The notes: a model not told the origin generated them from the sequence alone. Positions 48,549 to 57,575 are shown, numbered from the stretch's first letter. The stretch is 64,000 bases of DNA from Candidatus Woesearchaeota archaeon (GCA_030750765.1 JASMHM010000004.1:3013-67012), one strand, 5' to 3'. A program made the numbers and translations.

Positions 48549-49015
48549 TCTTCCTTTCCTTGTCGTAACTTGTCTTTTTTGATCTCGTTTTGTAACTCTT
48601 CGATTAGCTTGAAACTGTTGTCTACGTGGTTCTTGATTGTGGTCTCTGCTCGACGGAAGGCGTGCTCTAAGGTGTTGCCATTAAGCTCATAGCCAAGTAT
48701 CACTTTTCCCGACGAGACAAAGCTTGTTTTCTTGAGTATTTGCAAGTCTAACCACCTCTTAAGATGGTCGTACATGGTCTGCCTTTTGATACTTGCTGAG
48801 GAGGCCATATGCTCGACGGGCATGACTGCTATTTCGGGCTTTTTCTCTCGATTGCTTTGCTTCTTCCTTTCGTACAATTCGAGCAACAAACTGTGCATTT
48901 GCGCCTGTCCATCTTTCTTGCGTGGAACGAGCCCAAAACGAGATAGCAAGGTTTTTGCCATGTCTTCGTGGGTGGCGTTGGTTGGTGCGTCGGATTGTTG
49001 TAGTTGGATGTGCAC
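48545..49015 (-). CDS. uncharacterised winged-helix protein
   Basis: VEHMASSASIKRQTMYDHLKRWLDLQILKK HTH plus wing; C-terminal coiled coil. Confidence 0.78.
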   Translation of the reverse strand: MHIQLQQSDAPTNATHEDMAKTLLSRFGLVPRKKDGQAQMHSLLLELYERKKQSNREKKPEIAVMPVEHMASSASIKRQTMYDHLKRWLDLQILKKTSFVSSGKVILGYELNGNTLEHAFRRAETTIKNHVDNSFKLIEELQNEIKKDKLRQGKED

Positions 49016-49640
49016 GGGACTTTCTTGTTTCTAAGCTATTTAAACTTTCTCATTTTCCCGACGAGAATCGGCCATTTTCCGACACTTGCTTGGTGTTTTA
49101 GTCTTAAAATGGCCGTTTTGGCGTTTTCAGCCTTTTTAAGCGTCTTTTTTGGTTACTTAGTATTCAGCTATGGCTTATGCGGTGTTTTTTGCCCTATTAC
49201 GGGTAGGATTGTCCTAAAATCCCGACAGAAACCGCGAACTGTCGCTAAATGGTGGTAGCGGTTGATGGGGTGTTTCTGGGAAAAAACCAGCACAGACGGG
49301 ATTTGTCCAGAATTTCTGTAGTTTTCCCGAAAAAACAGGTTGCGGGGCTCTGTGCGTATGGGGCAGGGTATGGGTCAAAAGAATGGGTTGTAGAGCTGAT
49401 AGAGCTAAATTAGGGGATTATTGCTGACAATGCTGGTAAACCTCACAAATGGCTGAAAAATGGTGTCTGGCTTTTGTCACTTTCCGGGAAATAATCCGCT
49501 GAAAATCGGTCGTTTTTTTAGGCACCATCTGTTGATGTTTTGGCGTGTTTCTGAATGGTTGGAAATGGGCTTTTTTGTGTATTCCTTGGGCACCAGGATT
49601 TCCTTTTTTCTTTCTTGAGTTTGTGTTGGTGTGTTGTGGT

Positions 49641-50172
49641 GCTCACTTTTTCGCTTGATTTGGGTGTTTTTCCCAATACTCCATCGAGACTACATATTGT
49701 AAAGTGGCGCCACTTTTGAAAATGTGGCGCAGGTTTTTTACTTATTGTTTTCAACCTCTCTATTGTTTTATAGCTATTAAACAATATTGTTGTCAATTAT
49801 GGGGGAACTAATCTCTCGTTTACAAAGACATCTTTCCAATAGTTGTAATGGAATTTGTATCATTTTGCCATATGCGGGATATCCAAAAAGTGAGAGTTCA
49901 AACGGTGAGGGATAGATGCTTCGCAAGGGCTATTTTGGGTGGGTGAGGCAAAATCACCAAAAAAGGTCAAGAATCACCTTTTTGGGAAGGGGGAGTGTTG
50001 AGGGGTTGTGGGGTCTCAAACGGTTAATACTTGATAAGGTTGAAAGTGAGTGGTTAACTCTTAATTGCTGTTTAGGCACCAGGAAAAGCACTACTTATTT
50101 CGCGAATTATGTGGCTAATACTAAGGAAAATAAGGGTGAAAAAAGGAAAAACAAAAGTGAGTGGTTTACTCT
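49641..50172. other. candidate replication origin core: inverted boxes around a palindrome and AT-rich tract
   Basis: GCTCACTTTTT 49641, AAAGTGGCGCCACTTT 49701-49716, AT-rich 49735-49800, reversed boxes at 49885, 50043 and 50153. Confidence 0.55.
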
Positions 50173-50462
50173 GAAAGGTGCTCTCTAAGGTAAGCTCTGC
50201 CGTCGTTAGAGTGCAGTACCCAGAGCTGTTCGTCTCTCTCGTATCCTGCCTCGGCGAGTAGTTGGCGTCTTGCGGTAGTGTCGAAAGCGACATATTGCCT
50301 GGATTTGTCGTCGACAAACGTCAAAACTCCGTTCTGCTGATTCCACATGCTGAGGTCTCCAAATAGGCCGTCCTCCACCTCGATGGTTTTGCCGACCACG
50401 GTTTCTGGGGCGTCGTCAATAGGGATGAACTGCGATACGTCGATGGGTTGTAGTGTGCGCAT
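50166..50462 (-). CDS. unknown-family protein, paralog 3 of 3
   Basis: NGVLTFV...DT...GY...VLHSNDG. Confidence 0.75.
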   Translation of the reverse strand: MRTLQPIDVSQFIPIDDAPETVVGKTIEVEDGLFGDLSMWNQQNGVLTFVDDKSRQYVAFDTTARRQLLAEAGYERDEQLWVLHSNDGRAYLREHLSE

Positions 50463-50489
50463 GATGTTCTGTAAGGGATGCGCGCTATT

Positions 50490-50876
50490 TTAATATGTCC
50501 TATAGGTGGGGCGAAAATCGGCCCTTCTGTCTGGGGGCAATCTTTTGAGGATCTCAATGCTGATGGGGTGGAAACCTTCTTTAGGGGGCTCGCTCAGGAT
50601 TTCTGCCTTGATGGCCAAAAGCTCGTCGAGAAACTCGCCTCCGTCTTCGCTATGAGGCACTCGCCATGTTCCTTGCGTGTAGCCCCAGTCTAGCAATGGT
50701 TGCAAGTTCTCAGGGGTGTCTTTTCCGATGTATACGAACAGGTCTCTGACAAAGGCGAGCACGCCATTACTGCGGTTGTACTTCTGTGCTGCACAGGGCA
50801 TGATGTCTATGTTTCTGCGCTCACCCTCGATTATCTCGACGGTGCCGTACGCTTGTATAAAGTTGTTTAAGCTCAT
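50490..50876 (-). CDS. unknown-family protein, paralog 2 of 3
   Basis: NGVLAFV...IGKDTPEN...GY...VPHSEDGG. Confidence 0.75.
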   Translation of the reverse strand: MSLNNFIQAYGTVEIIEGERRNIDIMPCAAQKYNRSNGVLAFVRDLFVYIGKDTPENLQPLLDWGYTQGTWRVPHSEDGGEFLDELLAIKAEILSEPPKEGFHPISIEILKRLPPDRRADFRPTYRTY

Positions 50877-50880
50877 GGCA

Positions 50881-50908
50881 AAAAAGGGCCCTCTTTCGAG
50901 GGTGGCCT
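50881..50908 (-). terminator. GNRA hairpin plus U-tract
   Basis: Minus strand GGCCACCCTC-GAAA-GAGGGCCC-TTTTTT right after the stop of the 50914 gene. Confidence 0.6.
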
Positions 50909-50913
50909 TAGTC

Positions 50914-51186
50914 TTACTGTAGACTTCGGAGGTATTCTCCGCCGTCGTTACTGTGTGGCACGTAGAAGCTGCCTGGCTCGAAGTTTAGTGCTTCTAGCAC
51001 TGCTACATTCTCGCTGGTGTCGCGTCCTATGTGGACGTCGCAATCTTGGTCTACTGCGACTAGTACGCCGTTGTTGTGGCTGTACTTTCCTCTGCTGTCT
51101 TTTCTACCTTTCTCAACGGTTTCGTTGCCTCTAAGGCCTTTTCTTTCAGTTGTGCCTGTTACAAGCACGAAGTTTTCAATATTCAT
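50914..51186 (-). CDS. unknown-family protein, paralog 1 of 3
   Basis: NGVLVAV...IGRDTSEN...VPHSNDGG; GGTGA SD. Confidence 0.75.
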   Translation of the reverse strand: MNIENFVLVTGTTERKGLRGNETVEKGRKDSRGKYSHNNGVLVAVDQDCDVHIGRDTSENVAVLEALNFEPGSFYVPHSNDGGEYLRSLQ

Positions 51187-51341
51187 TGTTATCACCAGAA
51201 TAAGTACGCAAACGCAGCTCTTAATTGTGTGTTGTAGATTTGTCTACTGCACTTCTATCGACGCTGCGCTTCCTCTGAAAGGGCCGAAAGGGTTATACGC
51301 TAGTACTTCTTGGTAGTTACAAAAGGGGTTGAGAATACTTT

Positions 51342-51713
51342 ATGAGAATCTTTAGAAACTTAGGTCTTGCAGCTGCTGTGGTGGCCACGATGGGTGGTGC
51401 TAGCGTACATGCCAAGCCAACCGATTCACCTTACAAAATGATCAATGGTAAGGAGTGCGTCACCATGGAAGTTCCTGGATCGTCTTTCAGAGTTGCCGAT
51501 GCCTCAACAGGGGATATGCTCAAACAACTTACTAACGCGAGAACACTCGTTCACGTGGTCAAGGCCTCTGGTCTTTCAGACAAGGAGCTAGCTGCGGTTG
51601 ACAACGGCGACAAGGTAATCTTAGAAAAAGAATTCATTCGCGCCCTAGAAGCAAAGTATGGTGCAATTCGTGGCTATGAGCTAACCAACGGTGAGTTCAA
51701 AGTCGTGCGCTAA
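51342..51713 (+). CDS. secreted hypothetical protein
   Basis: Signal peptide ending VHA. Confidence 0.65.
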   Translation: MRIFRNLGLAAAVVATMGGASVHAKPTDSPYKMINGKECVTMEVPGSSFRVADASTGDMLKQLTNARTLVHVVKASGLSDKELAAVDNGDKVILEKEFIRALEAKYGAIRGYELTNGEFKVVR

Positions 51714-52414
51714 CCCAGATAATCTAACTGATGTTTATCTTCTTGGACTTGCTTGGTCGCTGTAGCGTGCTTCATCAATCTTTTAAGTTTGCCCTCGAAG
51801 TTTTCGGCTTGTTTGAGTAACGGTTTAGTGTTCACATCTAACCCAAGATACTTGTCCAAGGCTTCGATAATCTTGGCTGCCGCCTTACTGTCTGGCATCT
51901 GACTGGTGGTCTCTGCAAACAAGCTAGTGAGTGGCGTTCCGTTCTGTATCTGCATTAAAGCGGCGGTGACGCCCATCACGATACCTTCGTCAAAGCTAGG
52001 AATGTTGATTTTTTCAAAGTCTTTTTGGATCTTATGATCGTCAGTGAAATGATATATTTGTGGGGAAGGACTCTTGCTTCCTACGCCTTCCACGCTGATC
52101 AACTCTTTTGGCTTTAGTTGCTTACAGATCTCCATCACGGTGTTGGCTGCCTGCCATTCTATTTTTGTTGGTGCAGTAATGGAATGGATAATCACCACAT
52201 TGTATTTCTTGTTGTAGTGGATGCTTACAGGGTCTAGTTTGTTATTCCCATGGATGGCGATGGTGGGTGGGGCGTTCTCAAAATAACCTTTGCCGATTTT
52301 CTCACACTGTAGATGGTCTACTAAGAATCCGGTGGCTATCGTGCCTACCAACCCTATACCGGGAAAGCCTTCTATGACTGTTGTCCCTTTGGGTTTCTTG
52401 GTGAGTTCGAGCAT
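51710..52414 (-). CDS. PAC2-family proteasome assembly chaperone
   Basis: IEGFPGIGLVGTIA, PDSKAAA, C-terminal YLG. Confidence 0.88.
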   Translation of the reverse strand: MLELTKKPKGTTVIEGFPGIGLVGTIATGFLVDHLQCEKIGKGYFENAPPTIAIHGNNKLDPVSIHYNKKYNVVIIHSITAPTKIEWQAANTVMEICKQLKPKELISVEGVGSKSPSPQIYHFTDDHKIQKDFEKINIPSFDEGIVMGVTAALMQIQNGTPLTSLFAETTSQMPDSKAAAKIIEALDKYLGLDVNTKPLLKQAENFEGKLKRLMKHATATKQVQEDKHQLDYLG

Positions 52415-52445
52415 GATTGTTCCTTGGTGTTGATCTATTTAATGC

Positions 52446-53375
52446 TTATGCTGCGAGGATTGCTGTTTCTTGTGGTTCTTGCTCGCCTACTTCTGCAACA
52501 GTATTGGCAAGACTGGTTTCTACGAATTTTTCTGCATCCGACACTCTTTGGTGGATTCTTAAGAGATCTTGGAGTTGGTCTATCGCGGTTTGTAATCCTG
52601 TCTGCGATTCGTTTAAATGTTCTATGTGCTGTGCGTTGGCTAGCGCTCCATCAAGTAGGTTGATTATTTCTTTTGTTTCCGTATCTATCTTGGTCTCCCA
52701 CATGACAAAGGGGCTGACCTGTGCTTGCAGCTGATCAAGAAGCTCTTTGTAGCTGGTCTCTCGTGTGCTTAAGGCTTGGATGTCTTCACTCGTTGCTTCG
52801 TCGGTGAGTGCGGCTATTTTGCCATCCACAACCTTGAGGTAGTCTTTGATCTGGGAGAGCCGGTCATTGGTCTTGGTTTCAAACTCTTTGACCTCGGCGA
52901 ACTCTTCTGCGCATAGGGCTTTGAAGTTTTGGCTTGTTGCCACAAGATTGCGTAGGCGTGCGACGGCTTCTGATTGGTGTTCTGCCACCATGAGCGGCAA
53001 GCTTTCTTCCATGTATGCGAGATATTCTTGCAGGTTGGACGCTTTGACGCCGGGAACTTGTTTGGTGTCTACAACGCCTGCTTCGAGTTCGGCTTCTGCA
53101 TTCTCTACGCTTACTGCGTATCGTGGTACGAGCTCGGCGAGTTTTTTTATGTTTTCGACGACTGATCTGTCCACGGTGTCGTTTGCTTGCGCTGCAGCTA
53201 AGGCTTGTTCTAGGAATGGTTGTGCGGTGTTGGTGAGGTAGTCTATGTCAGTAGGCAGATCTTTGGTTGCGGGGCTGCTAGGTCCTCTTGCTAGGGTGGT
53301 ATTCAATCCTTCTAGCAAGTGCTTCACGCTCTCTTGAAGTCGCTGCACCTCTTGGATCATCTCTGCGTCGCTCAT
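52446..53375 (-). CDS. acidic coiled-coil hypothetical protein
   Basis: 309-aa helical ORF coupled (ATGA) to the upstream membrane gene. Confidence 0.7.
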   Translation of the reverse strand: MSDAEMIQEVQRLQESVKHLLEGLNTTLARGPSSPATKDLPTDIDYLTNTAQPFLEQALAAAQANDTVDRSVVENIKKLAELVPRYAVSVENAEAELEAGVVDTKQVPGVKASNLQEYLAYMEESLPLMVAEHQSEAVARLRNLVATSQNFKALCAEEFAEVKEFETKTNDRLSQIKDYLKVVDGKIAALTDEATSEDIQALSTRETSYKELLDQLQAQVSPFVMWETKIDTETKEIINLLDGALANAQHIEHLNESQTGLQTAIDQLQDLLRIHQRVSDAEKFVETSLANTVAEVGEQEPQETAILAA

Positions 53376-54208
53376 GGTTTTGCTAGTCTCCTTCCTGCTG
53401 CCGCCGCTACCATCGCCGCGTCTCTTCTTGCAGATGCTAGCACCATGGCCACTGACTCGTTTTCTACGTGGGTGTCTACTTCAGTATCAATCGTGATGTC
53501 TGGCTCTTCGATGTTGAGGTTTAACGTAGTAGGGTCGCCACCTGCACTGCTGCCTCCAGTGCCGCCAGCACCTCCTGCCGCAGCACTTCCTGGTTTTCCA
53601 GCGATCGTCTCTTCAATCTTCCTAGTGATTCCCTTTTCCACCCTTCCGGTGATTGATCCCAAGAGTCTTCTGAACAATCCTGGCTTTTTTTCTGCACTTT
53701 CTTTGTTGGTGTTATTGCCGTGCATGGAATGCATCACGACTGATGCTCCGCTCCAGAAGAACGCGAAGATTGCTGTGGCGTTGAGCATGAAAACCACGTT
53801 TGGGGGAAGAAAACTGACGAATTTGCTGCCTAGTACAAAAAACAGCCCAAGGCACATAACGGTGGCGCCTATGGCTAAGGAGAATATTTCGTTGCTTTCT
53901 TGGTCGCCAGTGTTTCTAAAGTGTCGAAAAAGGAGGAGGCCTGCGCCTATGGCAAAAAAGCTCATCACGGCAGGAACGCCTTCTGCCAGGTTGGTTCTTA
54001 ATCTACCTAATGCTACAACGCCTAGCGTTGCTCCTATGACGCCTGCTAGGGCATCGAAGGTGTGGAACTTGTTAGACTCTTTTTCCTTGTTTTTTACGCT
54101 TCTCATCCACTGCATGATGCAAGCAAAAAACATGAACAAGAGTGCGAAGTCTATCACCCACGGATTCTTAGTGTACAATTCAGGAAGACTAGGAATACGG
54201 ATCGCCAT
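53372..54208 (-). CDS. multi-TM protein with Gly-rich linker and soluble tail
   Basis: About five TM helices, then AAAGGAGGTGGSSAGG. Confidence 0.7.
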   Translation of the reverse strand: MAIRIPSLPELYTKNPWVIDFALLFMFFACIMQWMRSVKNKEKESNKFHTFDALAGVIGATLGVVALGRLRTNLAEGVPAVMSFFAIGAGLLLFRHFRNTGDQESNEIFSLAIGATVMCLGLFFVLGSKFVSFLPPNVVFMLNATAIFAFFWSGASVVMHSMHGNNTNKESAEKKPGLFRRLLGSITGRVEKGITRKIEETIAGKPGSAAAGGAGGTGGSSAGGDPTTLNLNIEEPDITIDTEVDTHVENESVAMVLASARRDAAMVAAAAGRRLAKP

Positions 54209-54340
54209 CTCTGGACGGAGATCTTGAGGTATTTAAGCCTTCCTAAGCCAAAATTCCTTCTCGAGCGACCGATAGGTTTATAAAGGATCATCACTTATTA
54301 GTTACTATAAACAGTACTGACTGGAGGATAATAATAAAAA

Positions 54341-54862
54341 ATGGTTGATTGGAAAAAAGTAGGAAAAGTGAGTGGCTCTATAATGTTGGCCGCGTATATT
54401 TGTGCGTTTACTAAGAAAATGTTCAACGACTTTTCACGTGATAAAAACCCAACAATTGCGCACTATGGTACGTTGGGATTACTAGGAAATTTCGAACGCA
54501 AGACGGTTGTTACAAACAGACCGCATGTTACAGACCCTGTTACGGGCGACATAGACCATCAACAAACCAAAATGTTTGAAGAAGGATTCAAACGATACAT
54601 CCGAGCTCGTAGTGCAGAATTACACAACTCGGGCCAAAGTCGTGCTGATCTCCAAGCTGAGATTCAAGCTATGCAAGACGCAAGCACCAACCTTGCAGGA
54701 AGAGGCACCTTATCTGGATTGCTTAACTCTACAGCAAAAGCTGCTCGTGAGAAGAATCTGCGTGTGATCAGAAATTCAGGACAGAATCCGAGGGATTTCA
54801 CTGCTCCGCCGATTTATCAGCAAAGCGGTACAGCACCTTTCAACTATCTTACCTCGCCGTAA
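54341..54862 (+). CDS. hypothetical protein
   Basis: GGAGG SD; N-terminal hydrophobic helix. Confidence 0.7.
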   Translation: MVDWKKVGKVSGSIMLAAYICAFTKKMFNDFSRDKNPTIAHYGTLGLLGNFERKTVVTNRPHVTDPVTGDIDHQQTKMFEEGFKRYIRARSAELHNSGQSRADLQAEIQAMQDASTNLAGRGTLSGLLNSTAKAAREKNLRVIRNSGQNPRDFTAPPIYQQSGTAPFNYLTSP

Positions 54863-54902
54863 TTTAGTAACTTTTATATAACAGTTCGGCCAGCCATTGG
54901 GC

Positions 54903-55325
54903 ATGGCCGACATTATTATTGGTCCAAGCATAGCTCTAGGCTTGGCGATTGGCATCTATGAAGCTACCTTAATGCATCGTGATGTCCAAGTTAAGGCACA
55001 TCGTTTTGGCCACACCATTCATGCATTAGTGCTTTCTGTGGTGTTCGTGTTCGCAACTATGAATGTTGACTTCATGTTATCAGTCATACCACAAATCGCG
55101 TCTATACCTGTACTTGGCAATCCTCATGTTTTCAGAGTCATTATCGGTTTGATTGCAGCCATAAAAATCCATGGAACAAGCAAGGCCATCCAGGGTGCTG
55201 GCAGTGCTAGTGTAGGCTTAGGAGAGACCTGGTTCCACTCCATTCTGGTGGGAGCTCTAGTAGTAGCAGCACCGTATGCGTATCCGTTTGTCCAGCCTGC
55301 CATTCCTACATGGTTGGCGTTTTAA
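54903..55325 (+). CDS. four-TM membrane protein, His-containing
   Basis: Hydrophobic helices with H residues (HRD, GHTIH, KIHG, ETWFH). Confidence 0.75.
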   Translation: MADIIIGPSIALGLAIGIYEATLMHRDVQVKAHRFGHTIHALVLSVVFVFATMNVDFMLSVIPQIASIPVLGNPHVFRVIIGLIAAIKIHGTSKAIQGAGSASVGLGETWFHSILVGALVVAAPYAYPFVQPAIPTWLAF

Positions 55326-55447
55326 GGCCACTTCTTTTTGTGTCTTTTCCTTGCTTCTTTAAGTGTGATAGTGTTTTTTGAGGAAAAGATAAACTCTGCC
55401 AGGAGGTGCTCAAAATCGGTGACTTTCTTTTTCTTGTGATCAACCAT
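55322..55447 (-). CDS. 41-aa basic microprotein
   Basis: MVDHKKKK...; TTTATAAA ~25 nt upstream. Confidence 0.45.
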   Translation of the reverse strand: MVDHKKKKVTDFEHLLAEFIFSSKNTITLKEARKRHKKKWP

Positions 55448-55497
55448 GCAATTGTCACGTTGCATAGCTTTATAAAACCTAAGGTGCTTACAAGAAC

Positions 55498-55755
55498 ATG
55501 GAAGCACGCATAGCAAGTTTTAGAGGTTCACGGTTGACCCGATATGACAATCACATGATCATCCATGTGGACACATCCAAGAACCGAGAGGATGCTGAAA
55601 AACTCGTGGGCAAGTCCGTCACCTGGGAAAGCACAAGCAAAAAACAGTTGAAAGGAAAGATTGCGGGTGCTCATGGCAACAACGGACGCGTACGAGCTAT
55701 TTTTGAGAGTGGCATGCCTGGCCAGAGTTTAGGCGCAGTAGTCAAGATTGAATAG
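55498..55755 (+). CDS. rpl35ae: 50S ribosomal protein L35Ae
   Basis: GKIAGAHGNNGRVRAIF..GMPGQSLG. Confidence 0.93.
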   Translation: MEARIASFRGSRLTRYDNHMIIHVDTSKNREDAEKLVGKSVTWESTSKKQLKGKIAGAHGNNGRVRAIFESGMPGQSLGAVVKIE

Positions 55756-56866
55756 GTGCTAGCCTCACCAATGTTGGAAGAATTAAACACCCCATAGCGG
55801 TAGCCCTTGGACACCTAAGAATCTGAGAAAAGGCGCCTAGCGCAGTCGCTGTGGCTAGAACCAACAACCCTCTATGCCCGCTGAGCAAGAACGCAGTAAC
55901 TCCTAACCCAACAATGATGAGCGTGTTCATCCTTTTGTAAGGAATCTTGGGAAGAACCTGTTGGGCAAACCTGGCCGTGACCAAAGTAAACAAGGCAGCA
56001 ACGCCTGCTGCAACAAGCATCACGCCCCCAAGCCAAAGCAAGTGTGGCACGCCTATCCTTACCAAGCTAAGTATGGCCTCTGCGCTCCCACTCCTCGCCT
56101 TTTCTAGCACCGCCAGCATGACGGGGGTTAGCGCTTGGTCTGCTGCGTTGATGCTTGACACGAGCGTAAGGTGCCCTGCCTGGAACGGAAACAGGGCTGC
56201 AGTGTGCGAGGTGCTCATGGCAGGAAGCAAGTTCATCACCAACCCTCCAAGAACGCCGAGCAAGACGAATCTGTACTGTGGTCGGTCAAACAACGCAGTT
56301 GTTTGGTCAGGAACGCTTGTCTCCGTGGTCAACAACAACGTAGAAGTGCCAAACAAGCCGGTAAGCAAGGCAAACAATGGTTGGGCGGTAGAATCTAACA
56401 CTATGAGGCCAAGAAGACCGGATAACAAGAAAATAAGAACGCCCTTGCCGGTGGTGGCCAGCCATACGCCGGTTAACCCAACAAGAACATACCAGGTGAG
56501 GGGTTTTATGGCAGCGTATGATGTTGGAAGGATCCACGCAAGCAAGGGAGTGAGAAGGATTGTACAAAGTATTGCTAGAACGCTCGCTCTGACTGCGATC
56601 ACGACTGCTTCATAACCTCGCCCTTGGAGCAACATCTTGTGAGCAGGCATGACGGCTAGCGCTGTCTCAGAACTTGCCGCGCCAAGATAGGTGGAGGGAA
56701 TGGCATCTGTGATTGTGTGGGCGATGGCTGCGGCAAGCAAGAAAGGCACCAAGAACGTTCTTGGCAGCATTGTGCTGAGCAAGATGGCTGCAACTAGGTT
56801 TGTGTGCAGGCCAGGAATCATTCCTGTAATACTTCCTACTAGCGATCCTAACAATGCCGCAATCAT
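55742..56866 (-). CDS. TctA-family (DUF112) tripartite tricarboxylate transporter-like permease
   Basis: GMIPGLH.N, DAIPSTYLG, PAHKMLLQGRG. Confidence 0.85.
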   Translation of the reverse strand: MIAALLGSLVGSITGMIPGLHTNLVAAILLSTMLPRTFLVPFLLAAAIAHTITDAIPSTYLGAASSETALAVMPAHKMLLQGRGYEAVVIAVRASVLAILCTILLTPLLAWILPTSYAAIKPLTWYVLVGLTGVWLATTGKGVLIFLLSGLLGLIVLDSTAQPLFALLTGLFGTSTLLLTTETSVPDQTTALFDRPQYRFVLLGVLGGLVMNLLPAMSTSHTAALFPFQAGHLTLVSSINAADQALTPVMLAVLEKARSGSAEAILSLVRIGVPHLLWLGGVMLVAAGVAALFTLVTARFAQQVLPKIPYKRMNTLIIVGLGVTAFLLSGHRGLLVLATATALGAFSQILRCPRATAMGCLILPTLVRLAPIQS

Positions 56867-57123
56867 TCGATCACGAACTCCACCCTGCCTTTGTATGATT
56901 GCAGTCTTCCTGTGTACATGCCGCTGCCCTCTTCTAACTTTTTATCAAAGCTAACCACCGGAATCCTTGTCTGCAGCATGCCCTTGGATACCTTGCCGTG
57001 CTGCACGTTGGTGATGATTCCTATCGCGCTGATCGTGTTTGGAGGGAGGTCTGGGCTTGTCACAAGCAACAAGAGCATTCCCACAACAAAGCATCCGAGC
57101 GAGAGCCAGACGATGTTTTCCAT
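56863..57123 (-). CDS. small membrane-anchored OB-fold-like protein
   Basis: N-terminal TM; GRLQSYKGRVEFVIE; ATGA-coupled to the permease. Confidence 0.65.
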   Translation of the reverse strand: MENIVWLSLGCFVVGMLLLLVTSPDLPPNTISAIGIITNVQHGKVSKGMLQTRIPVVSFDKKLEEGSGMYTGRLQSYKGRVEFVIE

Positions 57124-57168
57124 GTCCGTCCTGATTTTTTTTGTTTTATATGCGCTCCCCCATGTTTC

Positions 57169-57183
57169 CCGGAAAGTTTCCGG
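57169..57183. promoter_or_regulatory. CCGGAAAGTTTCCGG palindrome
   Basis: Perfect inverted repeat between divergent promoters. Confidence 0.7.
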
Positions 57184-57266
57184 TGACCTATTGCCCCAGT
57201 TCCCATAAACGGCCCATATGGGCCGGAAAGGAAAACTTTATATATTCTCGTTGCATTGCTCATAGA

Positions 57267-57575
57267 ATGAAACAATCTTTGTTTTTGAAAGCATACGGCA
57301 ACAGCCCTGTGCTGAGGGTGCTGGACTTCTTTGTCACGTTTCAAGAATACGATTATTCTATGAAGGACATTGCCAAAAACTCAAGAGTGGGGTACACCAC
57401 GCTGAAATTATTCTGGAAGAGTCTGGTGGACAGAAAAATAATGAGCCACACTAGGGTGGTAGGAAAGGCCAAGATGTATAAGCTAAACACAACAAACCCG
57501 GAAGTAAAAGAATTCATCAAGCTGTACTGGCTCGTCGTTGATAAGGCGACTCCTAAGCTCAAGGTTAGCGCTTGA
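57267..57575 (+). CDS. winged-helix protein
   Basis: GNSPVLRVLDF...YSMKDIAKNSRVGYTTL...RVVGKAKMYKLN. Confidence 0.8.
   Translation: MKQSLFLKAYGNSPVLRVLDFFVTFQEYDYSMKDIAKNSRVGYTTLKLFWKSLVDRKIMSHTRVVGKAKMYKLNTTNPEVKEFIKLYWLVVDKATPKLKVSA

Noticed and set aside
49004-50188. ORFs 49004-49258, 49518-49796 and 49916-50188
   Set aside because: Atypical composition and no recognisable motifs; they overlap the repeat boxes, so I treat the region as non-coding.
53319-54227. Long antisense ORFs (also 43311-44018, 55947-56615, 7043-7591 and those opposite smc and infB)
   Set aside because: They are shadows of well-supported genes on the opposite strand.
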